Shown here in pieces: positions 1-9,306 of a stretch of 30,176 nt of DNA. The translations under genes and the position numbers were made by a program. The notes beneath the pieces were generated by a model that worked only from the letters and a program-made list of their open reading frames with translations, did no database searches and had not been told where the DNA came from. The DNA is from Candidatus Woesearchaeota archaeon (GTDB lineage Archaea; Nanobdellota; Nanobdellia; Woesearchaeales; GW2011-AR15): the NCBI GenBank assembly GCA_038874655.1, contig JAVZBY010000007.1, forward strand, positions 24,822 through 54,997. The letters are read 5' to 3'. Every line of letters begins with the position of its first letter. Within the stretch, counting starts at the first letter, position 1.

Positions 1-34
1 TTTAAACTAGTTTCTTTTAATTAAAGTATATACA

Positions 35-460
35 TTACTCCTTAGGTATTAAAGTATATACATTACCCTTTAATTTAGTCTTAAAAGGATCACCCTTTAA
101 AGCATTAGCGTAGCTATCAAATCTTCTAACTAATATTTCCCTTACTTGAAGATGTAGATAGGGATATCTTCTTTGTTCCTTTTCAAAAGGATTTCTAGAA
201 AAATAAGCCTCAATAGCTAGGACTGGTGGAACATTATCTCTACTATAATCTAAAACAATGGTTGGATCTCTAGTTAAATCATTAATGACAAGGTTTTCAA
301 TGCTTCCTCTAGTATTAGAAGTAAGCACAATTATCTTTATTGGTCCAGATACACTTTTCCAAAAATAGTTTTCATCGACTTTTCTCGGAGAATCACTCAA
401 AGGAAGATAATAAGATACGATACCTTCCATTGTAATCTCACTTTTTTCTAGGGGTTCCAT
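35..460 (-). CDS. hypothetical protein (141 aa)
   Basis: Open frame preceded by a strong SD (AAAGGTGAG, minus strand, ~467-475). No motif recognised. Confidence 0.75.
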   Translation of the reverse strand: MEPLEKSEITMEGIVSYYLPLSDSPRKVDENYFWKSVSGPIKIIVLTSNTRGSIENLVINDLTRDPTIVLDYSRDNVPPVLAIEAYFSRNPFEKEQRRYPYLHLQVREILVRRFDSYANALKGDPFKTKLKGNVYTLIPKE

Positions 461-622
461 TTTTTCTCACCTTTGTTTGTTTTTTATTTTTACTATTTTT
501 TAGTAATAATTTTATAGAATGAGGTTCTAATTTATAATTATTTTCCTTATAATTTATAATTTTTTTAAAAATTATATAATAAATTAGAAAAATATATAAA
601 TATAGATTATATTATAATAATT

Positions 623-1496
623 ATGAAAAGAAAAATAATGCAAATAGCAGATACTACTTTTGTAGTTTCATTGCCCTTAAAATGGGCAAGAGAGCATAAT
701 TTAAAAAAAGGAGATGAAGTTGAATTAGTTGCTGAAAAAAATCAATTATGTCTTAGGTTTGAAAATACAATAGATAAAAAAAGTTATTCTGTTGATGTTC
801 AAGAGTATAATAGAATGGCTGGAAGATATATTGTGTCATTATATAGACTAGGTTATGATGAGATTGAAGTAAAATTCTCAGATCCTAATTATGTTTCCAA
901 GATTCCAAAAGAATTATTTGAAAATACTATTGGCTTTGAAGTTATAAGCCAAAAACTAAATTCATGTATAATAAAAAATTTATCTGAATCTGATGATGAG
1001 GAATTAGAAAATATAATCAAAAGATTGTGGTTTTTGCTTAAAGAAATGTCAAAAGATTTAGTTGAGGCAATAAAAAATAAGGATAAAACTACTTTAAAAT
1101 CAATGAAAGAGAGAGAAAAAACAATAAATAAATTTTCAAATTATTGTATTAGATTATTATGAAAAATCTTTTGCTCTTTATTATTTTATTCGTTTTTTTG
1201 AGAATATTTCTGATGATATTAAAGAAATAGCTTTATTATGTTCAGAAAAAATGCCTAAGAAAGATATTGATTCAGATTTGAAAAAAATTATATCTTTAAT
1301 TAATAGTTTTTATGATTTATACTATTCCTTTGATTTGAAAATTGGAGAGTCCCTTGTTAATGACACGGAATTATTAATTAATGAATTAATTAATAAAAAA
1401 AATGAGCATGAATCCTATTTTAGTATGTATAGTTTAACAAAAAAGATTAAACAGCTTGTGTCTGTAGTTTTAGAGGTGAATATTGAAAATTCTTAG
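623..1496 (+). pseudogene. AbrB/SpoVT-PhoU phosphate-uptake-regulator family protein, split by a frameshift near 1150-1162
   Basis: N-terminus MKRKIMQIADTTFVVSLPLKWAREHNLKKGDEV is an AbrB/MazE domain, followed by LYRLGYDEIEV..IGFEVI and PhoU-like helices. The frame stops at TGA 1160-1162. The +1 frame is open across the junction (YEKSFALYYFIRFFENISDDIKEI...) and runs into ORF 1251-1496. Confidence 0.75.
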
Positions 1497-3273
1497 TATT
1501 TCCTTTTTCACTATGAATTTGTTTCAAGACATTTTCATATAGTGGTAAAGCAATATAATAATCACTATTTATTTCTATAGATCTAACTTTGTTTGTATAT
1601 TTTTCTATAACATATTCCCAGTTAAATTCTACATTTCTATCAATTAAATAATCAAATATAAATCTTAAACTTGAATATTCCTCATTATTTAAATTACCAA
1701 ATAATGGCACATTTTTTAAGAAATCTAAAAAGGTTGCTATATTATTTCCTTTTTTTGATTTCTCCCATTCACTATAAACTTGATTTAGTCTATGATATAA
1801 GTATGAAGTTACTGCAGCTTTCATTAGATTGATAATTATATCTTCTTTAACATGTGAAAAGGTTTCGGCTAAGGTTTTAATTTGATCAAAAATATTTAAA
1901 TAAATATTTTCAATTTCAACATAATTTATAACATCTTTTGAGTATATATTTAATATTAAATTGCTTTCAGATTGTATATTTGATAAAACTTCTTCTAGAG
2001 TATTATAAAAATTTTTTATAGCGATTTCTTTATTAAACTCAATTGAAAATTGATCTTTTAATTTTGTTATAATTTCTTTAAAGTAATCTAGGTTATTATT
2101 TGATTCAATCGAACCTAATTCTTCAATTATATATTCTGCTAATATTGTATATCCAAAAAGTCTTTGGTAATTATTTGATTTTTTATCGGTTTGTGGTTCT
2201 TTTAAAATATGGGCTATTTCTCTAATAGCTCTGAATAAACCATATTTTAGCATTTCTCTATTTGTATATTGTCTTTCTAAGTAAATATCAAATTTTTCAC
2301 ATATTTTTTGTCTATAATTATTATGATCATCTCCTTTTAAATAATCAAATAAATCTATTAATAATGCATTTCTTACTCTTTGAGTTTTCTCTTCTTTTGT
2401 CAGAGTCTCATCTGTGAAAAGTGTATTATGTATTCTAGTTATGAAGTTATCATCAATGGCTTTTCTTTCAAAATCTATTAATAATTGGACAAGGCTAAAT
2501 CCTCTTTTCATTTTATCTATGTTTAATCTATATCCTGGTTCAACTGCTAAATAAGTAATATTATCTAACCAAGAAACAGGCACACCTGTTCTATCAAAAT
2601 CATAAACTTTTATTGAATTTGCAATATCAGGAACAAGATTACTTTGATTAGATAAGTTTTTGAATTGATTTATTATATTTAATATACACTTATTTTCAAA
2701 ATAATCAACTATTGCATGCTTAGGCATACAATCATAAGCTCCTGAGTTAAAATCAAAACCATTAATTAAAAAATTAGCCATCTGTGATAACATATCATTA
2801 GAATATTTCAAGCCTAAATTATCATTAATAATTTTTAGAGATTCTTCTATCTTGTTTCTATAATAATCTGGATTTTGTTCCTGTCTTTGAATTTTACCAT
2901 CAAGAGCAGAAGAAACTTGTGCTAACCTCAAAGATTGTCCTAAAAAAAGAGCATATCTTAGATGATTTATTGCTCTAATTATTTCTTTTAATTGTGCCTC
3001 TCCTAAAGAACTATGTTGAATGTTTCTTTCTATTTCAGCAATTTCATGTAATACATTTTCTAAAGAATTGGATGTATCAAACCAATCTAAAACAAGTTTT
3101 TTATTAGTTTCATCACTATCAATTAATCTTGATGCTAAAATAAAAGGATAAAGTTGATTTAAAATTTCATAAGCTATTTTCTCTGCATTAAATCTATTAC
3201 CTTCCTCAGGTTTAAATGATTTAGTAAATGTTTTATCTTTTTGATTTTTATCTATTGTGGAATTATTAGGCAT
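1447..3273 (-). CDS. large hypothetical, probably alpha-helical soluble protein (~608 aa)
   Basis: Long open frame. The ORF track starts at TTG 3285; ATG 3273 is preferred because it lies 20 nt after a TTTATATACT box. No family motif recognised. Confidence 0.75.
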   Translation of the reverse strand: MPNNSTIDKNQKDKTFTKSFKPEEGNRFNAEKIAYEILNQLYPFILASRLIDSDETNKKLVLDWFDTSNSLENVLHEIAEIERNIQHSSLGEAQLKEIIRAINHLRYALFLGQSLRLAQVSSALDGKIQRQEQNPDYYRNKIEESLKIINDNLGLKYSNDMLSQMANFLINGFDFNSGAYDCMPKHAIVDYFENKCILNIINQFKNLSNQSNLVPDIANSIKVYDFDRTGVPVSWLDNITYLAVEPGYRLNIDKMKRGFSLVQLLIDFERKAIDDNFITRIHNTLFTDETLTKEEKTQRVRNALLIDLFDYLKGDDHNNYRQKICEKFDIYLERQYTNREMLKYGLFRAIREIAHILKEPQTDKKSNNYQRLFGYTILAEYIIEELGSIESNNNLDYFKEIITKLKDQFSIEFNKEIAIKNFYNTLEEVLSNIQSESNLILNIYSKDVINYVEIENIYLNIFDQIKTLAETFSHVKEDIIINLMKAAVTSYLYHRLNQVYSEWEKSKKGNNIATFLDFLKNVPLFGNLNNEEYSSLRFIFDYLIDRNVEFNWEYVIEKYTNKVRSIEINSDYYIALPLYENVLKQIHSEKGNTKNFQYSPLKLQTQAV

Positions 3274-3293
3274 GATAAGAATCAAGTAGTTTA

Positions 3294-3303
3294 AGTATAT
3301 AAA
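3294..3303 (-). promoter_or_regulatory. archaeal TATA box TTTATATACT, probably driving a leaderless transcript
   Basis: Lies 20 nt upstream of ATG 3273. The identical 10-mer occurs upstream of secE (13534-13543) and the TPR gene (5084-5093). Confidence 0.55.
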
Positions 3304-3368
3304 TATTTCTAATTTTATTACTATATAATAGCAAAAAGTTTATATATGAGATGTGTTTATTAATTAAT

Positions 3369-3938
3369 ATGATTAATGTTCAAACTAATTTAATTAAAAT
3401 TTATATATATTTTAGGAATATATTAATTAATATTAATCCTAATAGCAAGTTTTTTGTTTTTATATTATTATCTTTATTTCTATTTTTCATTAATAAAATT
3501 TTATTTTTTATATTATTAATTATGCTATTTGATATAGCAAAAACTTTTTTAGAAAGAGCTTATGGTTTAAAAATACCTATATTTTTTATAGATTATGGAA
3601 TTATAATTATAAGTTTATTAATAAGCCCTTTTAGTGCTATGTTTTTAGTTTTTTATTTACTCTTTATAAGAATAATTACAGCAGATTTTAAGGTTAAGCA
3701 TTTACTAAAAATCCCTCTGTTAATTTTTATATTATTTATTGCTCCTTATTTTAGAAATTCAGGATTTGTTTTTGCATGTACTTCACTTTTTGCTCTAAGA
3801 TATATTATAGAGCATTCTTTATTTTTAATTTTTTCAAAAGATATAAAGATGGAGTTATTGTATGAAAGGATTATTAATACTATATTTGCTTTTTTATTTT
3901 TTGCTTTAATTTCTCCATTTATAAGATTCTTTTTCTAA
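3369..3938 (+). CDS. polytopic membrane protein (~6 TM), divergent relative of 13651-14199 and 14875-15468
   Basis: Highly hydrophobic ~190 aa with similar length and helix spacing to the two paralogs. Start uncertain (3351 or 3369). Confidence 0.7.
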   Translation: MINVQTNLIKIYIYFRNILININPNSKFFVFILLSLFLFFINKILFFILLIMLFDIAKTFLERAYGLKIPIFFIDYGIIIISLLISPFSAMFLVFYLLFIRIITADFKVKHLLKIPLLIFILFIAPYFRNSGFVFACTSLFALRYIIEHSLFLIFSKDIKMELLYERIINTIFAFLFFALISPFIRFFF

Positions 3939-3968
3939 TATTTTAATTAAGTCTATTTTATAAATTTT

Positions 3969-4394
3969 TCACTTATTCCCAAAATAAAAAAACTTCTCAA
4001 CACTTACCTCGCTTGGAGCAACATTATTTCTATCAATTGGTTTTGTTAAATCTTTTTTTTGTTTTTCTTCACTAGTGTCATTATTAGTTAATGTTTTTTG
4101 GGCTTTTTTAACAATACCTAATTTAGCATCATTAAGTTCTTTTTCTAATTCTTCCTGTTTTTTCTTTGTTTCTTGTAATTCTTGAACAATTCTTTGTATT
4201 GCAATTGTCAATTTTCTAACTTCTTTTCTTAGCTCATCTAGATCATTTGAGTTCTCAACAGGAGATTCTTTTATATTTTCAGTTCCATATATTTTTTCAG
4301 CAGCAGAAATTGCACTATCAGTGTCATAGCCAATATTATGTTTTTTTAATTGGTTAGCCATCTCATTTAATTTTTGAATTTTTGTTACATCCAT
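3969..4394 (-). CDS. hypothetical coiled-coil protein
   Basis: SD AGGTGA lies 5 nt before ATG 4394; the GTG of the ORF track is part of that SD. Central heptads LDELRKEVRKLTIAIQRIVQELQETKKKQEELEKEL; C-terminus VSVEKFFYFGNK. Confidence 0.8.
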   Translation of the reverse strand: MDVTKIQKLNEMANQLKKHNIGYDTDSAISAAEKIYGTENIKESPVENSNDLDELRKEVRKLTIAIQRIVQELQETKKKQEELEKELNDAKLGIVKKAQKTLTNNDTSEEKQKKDLTKPIDRNNVAPSEVSVEKFFYFGNK

Positions 4395-4436
4395 TTTTTT
4401 CACCTATAAATTTTTATAAGTATTAATATAAAATTT

Positions 4437-5054
4437 TTAATCATACATTCTTCTTATTTCTTCTAAAACTTTTATGTTTTCTAAAACATGTTGAAAATTC
4501 TTATCCTTATCATAAACGATTTTAAAATATTTAATTGATTCTGATAATTCATTATAATCTTTTGATTGATAATAATATTTGTTAGCCAAATTTATAGCTA
4601 AATCATAGTTGTAATGTATATTTTCAGGATATTTCTCAACTAAATACTTTAACTGCTCAACTGCTTTATCATATTGAGCATTTTTATTATACAATAATGC
4701 TAAATTGTTTCTTGCTTTTTCATAATCAGGATCAATTTCTAGAGCTTTTTTAAAGTAATCCTCAGCTAAGAGTGGATTTTTTTCCTTAAAATAGTATCCT
4801 AAATTATTTAAAACATTTTTATTATTTGGCTCAACTTCTAAAGCTTTTTTGTAAGCTGTTAATGCATGTTCTTCATATTTATTTTTCATTAAAAAATTAC
4901 CAAGTGTTAAGTAAAAATTAGCATCTTTTATTTTTATGTTTGATTTTATTAAAATTGTTTGAGCAAAAACATAACTAGTAAGCATGATAAATATTAAAAT
5001 TCCTAAAACTAATGCGGTTTTTATTTGTAAATTTTTTTTGTTTTTTTCTTTCAT
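4437..5054 (-). CDS. membrane-anchored or secreted TPR-repeat protein
   Basis: Basic N-terminus plus hydrophobic helix ending VFA. TPR signatures include ALTAYKKALEVEPNN, LNNLGYYF, AEDYFKKALEIDPDY and ARNNLALLY. Confidence 0.85.
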   Translation of the reverse strand: MKEKNKKNLQIKTALVLGILIFIMLTSYVFAQTILIKSNIKIKDANFYLTLGNFLMKNKYEEHALTAYKKALEVEPNNKNVLNNLGYYFKEKNPLLAEDYFKKALEIDPDYEKARNNLALLYNKNAQYDKAVEQLKYLVEKYPENIHYNYDLAINLANKYYYQSKDYNELSESIKYFKIVYDKDKNFQHVLENIKVLEEIRRMYD

Positions 5055-5083
5055 AGGCTTTCTTTTAATTATGATTTTTTATT

Positions 5084-5093
5084 AGTATATAAA
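5084..5093 (-). promoter_or_regulatory. TATA box TTTATATACT upstream of the TPR gene
   Basis: Same 10-mer as at 3294 and 13534; 29 nt upstream of ATG 5054. Confidence 0.45.
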
Positions 5094-5204
5094 TATTACT
5101 ATTAATTATATTAGTATACATTTTTATATATTAATTTTTATAAGAGAGAAATATAAAAGACCTAAAATAACCTAAAATATAATTTTTTATAGTAAATTAT
5201 TTAT

Positions 5205-5238
5205 ATCTCCTTTTTATATAACTAATAAAAGGGGTGAT
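5205..5238 (+). promoter_or_regulatory. SD GGGGTGAT (5231-5238) inside a potential stem-loop
   Basis: ATCTCCTTTTTAT (5205-5217) can pair with ATAAAAGGGG-T-GAT (5225-5238), giving a 7-nt loop, one bulge and two G-U pairs. Confidence 0.45.
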
Positions 5239-5242
5239 TTAA

Positions 5243-7123
5243 ATTATTATTAGGCATGCTTTTAATAATATAAGTATTGAAAAGAATTTTGATTTATCTT
5301 TTATAAATAAGAAAAGAGCATTTTTTTTAACTTCTAATGGAAATTATTTTTATTACAATGATGATTCTAAATATAGGGGTCTTTTTTTTGTAGAAAAAAA
5401 AGATAAATTTGATTGGACTTTATTTAAGACAATTGATAAAATTGAGTTTTTTAATGAAGATAAAACATTAAACTTGAATAATTTAAATAACTCAAATGAA
5501 GAAGTTTTTTTAAACAGGTTTGATAAGTTTGAATGTCATTTAAATAGTAATATTTTCAGGTATTTTTTTGTAAATAATTCTTTTGTTTTGGAAACAGAAT
5601 TTAAAGGAAATTGTTTAATTACATTGGATATGAGAGAAATTTATGATTTTGATGATCAAGGAAGAATTTATAATATTTATGTTAAGAAAGGTTGTATTGT
5701 TATTGAATATAATAAATATTTGAATAATTTTTTAGACAATTTAAACTATAAAAGATATTTAGTTATAAAAACTAATTTAGATATAGATGAAAAAAATTCA
5801 TTTCAAATTCTTAATAAATGGAAAGAAGTTTTATATCAAGAAGATGAAAAAAGAAAGTCATATCCTTGGAAATTGTATATATATGAAGCTTTAAAATTTA
5901 AAGTTGATAAAAAAGCAAGGTTTGTTTTTAATTATTCAGAAAATTTGGATTTGGCAATAGAAAAGGTTAAATCAGATTTTAATAAACCCTATGAGGAAAA
6001 AACAAAATTTTTTAATCTTAAAAATGATAAAATCTCAATAGAAAAGAGTTTTGCATTTAATTGTGCTGTAAAAAGCTTTTTTGATTTATATGTAAAATTT
6101 GATGATAATGATGTTTTTGGTTTTTATGCTGGCTTACCTTGGTTTTTTCAAATATGGGCTAGAGATGAATTAATATCTTTAAAAGCATTAAAATCTATTT
6201 ATGAGTTCGAGAAAAATGAGATTTACATTGAATTAGGAAAAAAAATATTGTTAGACAGGATTAATAAAATAGATGAAACAGGAAAATTGCCAAACAGATT
6301 TCCTTTGTCTGAATTAGATAGTGCTGATGCCACAGGTTGGCTTTACAACAGAATTTTTGAGTTTTTAGAATATTTCTCTCAAAAAGAATTATCAAATATT
6401 AGAGAAAAATTGGAAAAAAGTGTATTGTCTTTTAAGAATAATATGCAAGATTATCTAATAAAAAATAAAGCTAATGAAACATGGATGGATACATCTTTTG
6501 AAAATGATACTAGGGAAGGATTTAGAATTGAAATTCAAGCTTTATGGCTATCTATGTTGAGATTAGCTAATTATATTGATAGATTGTTAATTAAAAAACA
6601 AACTTATTATGAATTTGAAGAAGTTGTTAGAGAAAAGGTTAAAAAAGATTTTTTTGAAAATGGAACTTTAAAAGATGGTAAGGATGATAATACTATTAGA
6701 CCAAACCTTTTTTTAGCGTGTTATGTTTATCCAGAGTTATTAACAAAAGAAGAATGGGAGTCTGTTTTTGATAAGGCAATTGAAAGATTATGGCTTGATT
6801 GGGGTGGTTTTTCTACAATTGATAAAAATCATAGGTTATTTTCACCTTATTATACTGGAGAAGATAATAAAAGCTATCACAGAGGAGATAGTTGGTTTTT
6901 TTTAAATAATATTGCAGCAATTTGTATGTGTAAAATTAACAAAGAGAAATATAAAAGTTATATAGATAAAATAATAGAATCAAGTACTTATGATATATTA
7001 TATGATGGTGCTATTGCAAGACCTAGTGAATTAAGCTCAGCTAATAATCAAGAAGCTAATGCATCATTATTTCAATTATGGAGTGCAGCAACATATATAG
7101 AACTATTAACGATTTATAAATGA
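5243..7123 (+). CDS. amylo-alpha-1,6-glucosidase / glycogen debranching enzyme (GDE_C-type), probable ATT start
   Basis: Motifs AGLPWFFQIWARDELIS, TWMDT, IEIQALW, RPNLFLA, YHRGDSW and QLWSAA. The frame is open 77 codons upstream of the ORF-track TTG 5474, back to ATT 5243, which is 5 nt after GGTGA. Confidence 0.85.
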   Translation: MIIRHAFNNISIEKNFDLSFINKKRAFFLTSNGNYFYYNDDSKYRGLFFVEKKDKFDWTLFKTIDKIEFFNEDKTLNLNNLNNSNEEVFLNRFDKFECHLNSNIFRYFFVNNSFVLETEFKGNCLITLDMREIYDFDDQGRIYNIYVKKGCIVIEYNKYLNNFLDNLNYKRYLVIKTNLDIDEKNSFQILNKWKEVLYQEDEKRKSYPWKLYIYEALKFKVDKKARFVFNYSENLDLAIEKVKSDFNKPYEEKTKFFNLKNDKISIEKSFAFNCAVKSFFDLYVKFDDNDVFGFYAGLPWFFQIWARDELISLKALKSIYEFEKNEIYIELGKKILLDRINKIDETGKLPNRFPLSELDSADATGWLYNRIFEFLEYFSQKELSNIREKLEKSVLSFKNNMQDYLIKNKANETWMDTSFENDTREGFRIEIQALWLSMLRLANYIDRLLIKKQTYYEFEEVVREKVKKDFFENGTLKDGKDDNTIRPNLFLACYVYPELLTKEEWESVFDKAIERLWLDWGGFSTIDKNHRLFSPYYTGEDNKSYHRGDSWFFLNNIAAICMCKINKEKYKSYIDKIIESSTYDILYDGAIARPSELSSANNQEANASLFQLWSAATYIELLTIYK

Positions 7124-7215
7124 ATTTTTAACTTTTTAATTTATTTTAATAATCTATAATTATACTAATATTATACGAATCTATTTTATATACATTTATA
7201 TTAAATTTATAAGTC

Positions 7216-7794
7216 CTATTTATCTAATCTTATTTTATCAAAGACACTATAACCTTTACCTTCTCTTAAAAAGAAATCTATATCAAAACTAAAGTTTGCA
7301 TTTAGTTTTATGTTTTCCATTTTTTTATTTGCATATATTAAACAAAGTTGAAATTCAGGACTATCCTTATTCAGCATATCATTATATTCATAGATTATTT
7401 TTACTGAGTTGTTTGATTTTTCTAAGTTAAGTGTATTTTTCTCTATATCTCCATAAGATAATTCAATTTCATTTTTATTTATGTTAAATTCTTTTTTCCT
7501 TGTAAAACTTTTTCCATCAATTTCAGATAAACCATCAATTTTTAATGCTTCATTTATTACATTTTTGAAATCATCTAAAATGTATAATTCTAATTTAAGT
7601 TGTATTCCTGTATCTTTAAAAACTAACATTAAATAGGGGTATTTTTTATTAAAATCCATTATTATTTTCTTTATTTTTTTTATGTCTTCTTTTGCTTCAG
7701 GTTTTCCTTCAGAGTATAAGTAATCAATATTTTTTAAGCTAGTAAAAATTAGTGAGATATCTTTTAAAAAGGTTGTTTCAATATCATTAGCCAT
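7216..7794 (-). CDS. hypothetical protein (192 aa)
   Basis: Open frame with ATG start; no motif recognised. Confidence 0.7.
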   Translation of the reverse strand: MANDIETTFLKDISLIFTSLKNIDYLYSEGKPEAKEDIKKIKKIIMDFNKKYPYLMLVFKDTGIQLKLELYILDDFKNVINEALKIDGLSEIDGKSFTRKKEFNINKNEIELSYGDIEKNTLNLEKSNNSVKIIYEYNDMLNKDSPEFQLCLIYANKKMENIKLNANFSFDIDFFLREGKGYSVFDKIRLDK

Positions 7795-7916
7795 ATTTTT
7801 AATGAAATGTCTTTTATTTATATAATTAATGCAGGTTTATGATAATGAATTTAAGAGATTTCCTAACTTTATGTTTATTATTAAAATTTATTAATTGATT
7901 CTAATTTTATTTTTAT

Positions 7917-9236
7917 ATGAAATTTTTTGCTATAATTAATGAAGGAACAGAAGGTTTTTTTTATGATGATTTAAAAAGAATTAGCAAAAATTTAGAATTG
8001 AGCTATAAAATTCTTTTTAATAGTGATGGAATAATTTTATTTGAGTTTGATGACATTTCTAAAAGTAATATTCATAATAAAGATAATCTTGATAATAAAG
8101 AAATTGATAAATTACATTTTAACAATTTTGAGAAAAATTTAATTGAAAATATATCAGATATAAAGTTTTCTGATCAAGTTTATTTATTATTAAAAAGATA
8201 TAAAGGAATTTCGAGATATAAAAGTAGTTTGAAAAATGTTAAACATCAAACAGCAAAAATCTCAAAAGGTTTATTTTTTAAATATATGAACTATAAATTA
8301 TCTTATAATTTATCAAAAAATAAGAATTTATTTGAATTAAATTCTAAATCAAATTCAATAGAAGTAGAATTTGAAATTCCTATCTTAGTAAAAGCAACTT
8401 ACACAGGAAGAAGAGATTATAAAGCATTAGATATTGAGAGAAATGTTTGTGAAGGATTAAAAAAAAGTTTATTAAAGAAATTTAAAGATAATAAGTTATG
8501 CTTAAAATTTTCTTTGGCAAATATTTTTAATAAAAATCAAGATAAGATAAATTATAAAGTAGAGGTAAATTATAAATTAGAAGTTAGATCTTATATAAGT
8601 GAGAATATTTCTCTATTAGGACTTAATGTAAAAAATTATTTTGATTTTGTTTTTACTAAAGGTTCTTTGAATAAAGGATTAGCTGAGGTTTTATTAGAAA
8701 TTGCTGAGTTAAATAAAGAGGATTTTGTTATTGATCCAATGTGTGGTACAGGCATAATACCTATTCTAGTTTCAATGAGAGGAATTAAAACTATCGGGAA
8801 TGATATAGATAATGAAAAAATTATTTTAGCAGAAAAAAATAAAAAATTGCATTCTATTGAGAAAAATTTGGAATTTTTTAATCAAAATGCATTAAATTTA
8901 AGTTTTGATAATCACATATTTAGTAAGGTAATTTCAAATCTGCCTTATGATAAAGAAGCATTTTTTTATGAATCCAAGGAGGATTTTGAAAAAAATAGAT
9001 TTACAATAGAAAAAAATCAATCTAATTTTAATGATGTAAATTATTTTTTAAAAAGATTTTTTAGTGAGATGATTAGAATTACTAAAAATAATGCAGTTTT
9101 TGTTTTTTTAAGCAGATATGACTTAACTGAGGTTGTCAATATTTATTTTAAAGAAATTCTTCATATAGATAAAGTATATAATATAAAAAATGCTGGTTTA
9201 AGTTTAAAAATCTTTAAATTAAGGAAGATTGCTTAA
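7917..9236 (+). CDS. SAM-dependent RNA N2-guanine-type methyltransferase (Trm14/Trm11/UPF0020-like) with degenerate THUMP-like N-terminus
   Basis: SAM motif VIDPMCGTGII, GNDID, and motif IV ISNLPY (NPPY-like). The N-terminal half is padded with N/K-rich insertions. Confidence 0.7.
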   Translation: MKFFAIINEGTEGFFYDDLKRISKNLELSYKILFNSDGIILFEFDDISKSNIHNKDNLDNKEIDKLHFNNFEKNLIENISDIKFSDQVYLLLKRYKGISRYKSSLKNVKHQTAKISKGLFFKYMNYKLSYNLSKNKNLFELNSKSNSIEVEFEIPILVKATYTGRRDYKALDIERNVCEGLKKSLLKKFKDNKLCLKFSLANIFNKNQDKINYKVEVNYKLEVRSYISENISLLGLNVKNYFDFVFTKGSLNKGLAEVLLEIAELNKEDFVIDPMCGTGIIPILVSMRGIKTIGNDIDNEKIILAEKNKKLHSIEKNLEFFNQNALNLSFDNHIFSKVISNLPYDKEAFFYESKEDFEKNRFTIEKNQSNFNDVNYFLKRFFSEMIRITKNNAVFVFLSRYDLTEVVNIYFKEILHIDKVYNIKNAGLSLKIFKLRKIA

Positions 9237-9306
9237 TAAAGAAAGTTTTTTAATAAAGCAATATCTTTAAAAAGTATATTTATTTTATAATTTTTGGGGT
9301 GATATT

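Noticed and set aside
528-561. 12-bp direct repeat TAATTTATAATT at 528 and 550 (22-nt period) upstream of the AbrB-PhoU gene
   Set aside because: Could be an operator, but it is pure A/T in a nearly all-A/T spacer and cannot be distinguished from chance.
1160-1201. TGA readthrough or recoded genetic code in the PhoU-like gene
   Set aside because: The in-frame continuation (KIFCSLLFYSFF*) is short and not PhoU-like. TGA is a normal stop for rpl30e, the debranching enzyme and the antiporter.
9237-9306. Cobalamin riboswitch upstream of nrdJ-pduO
   Set aside because: The spacer is only 70 nt and almost entirely A/T, leaving no room or structure for it.
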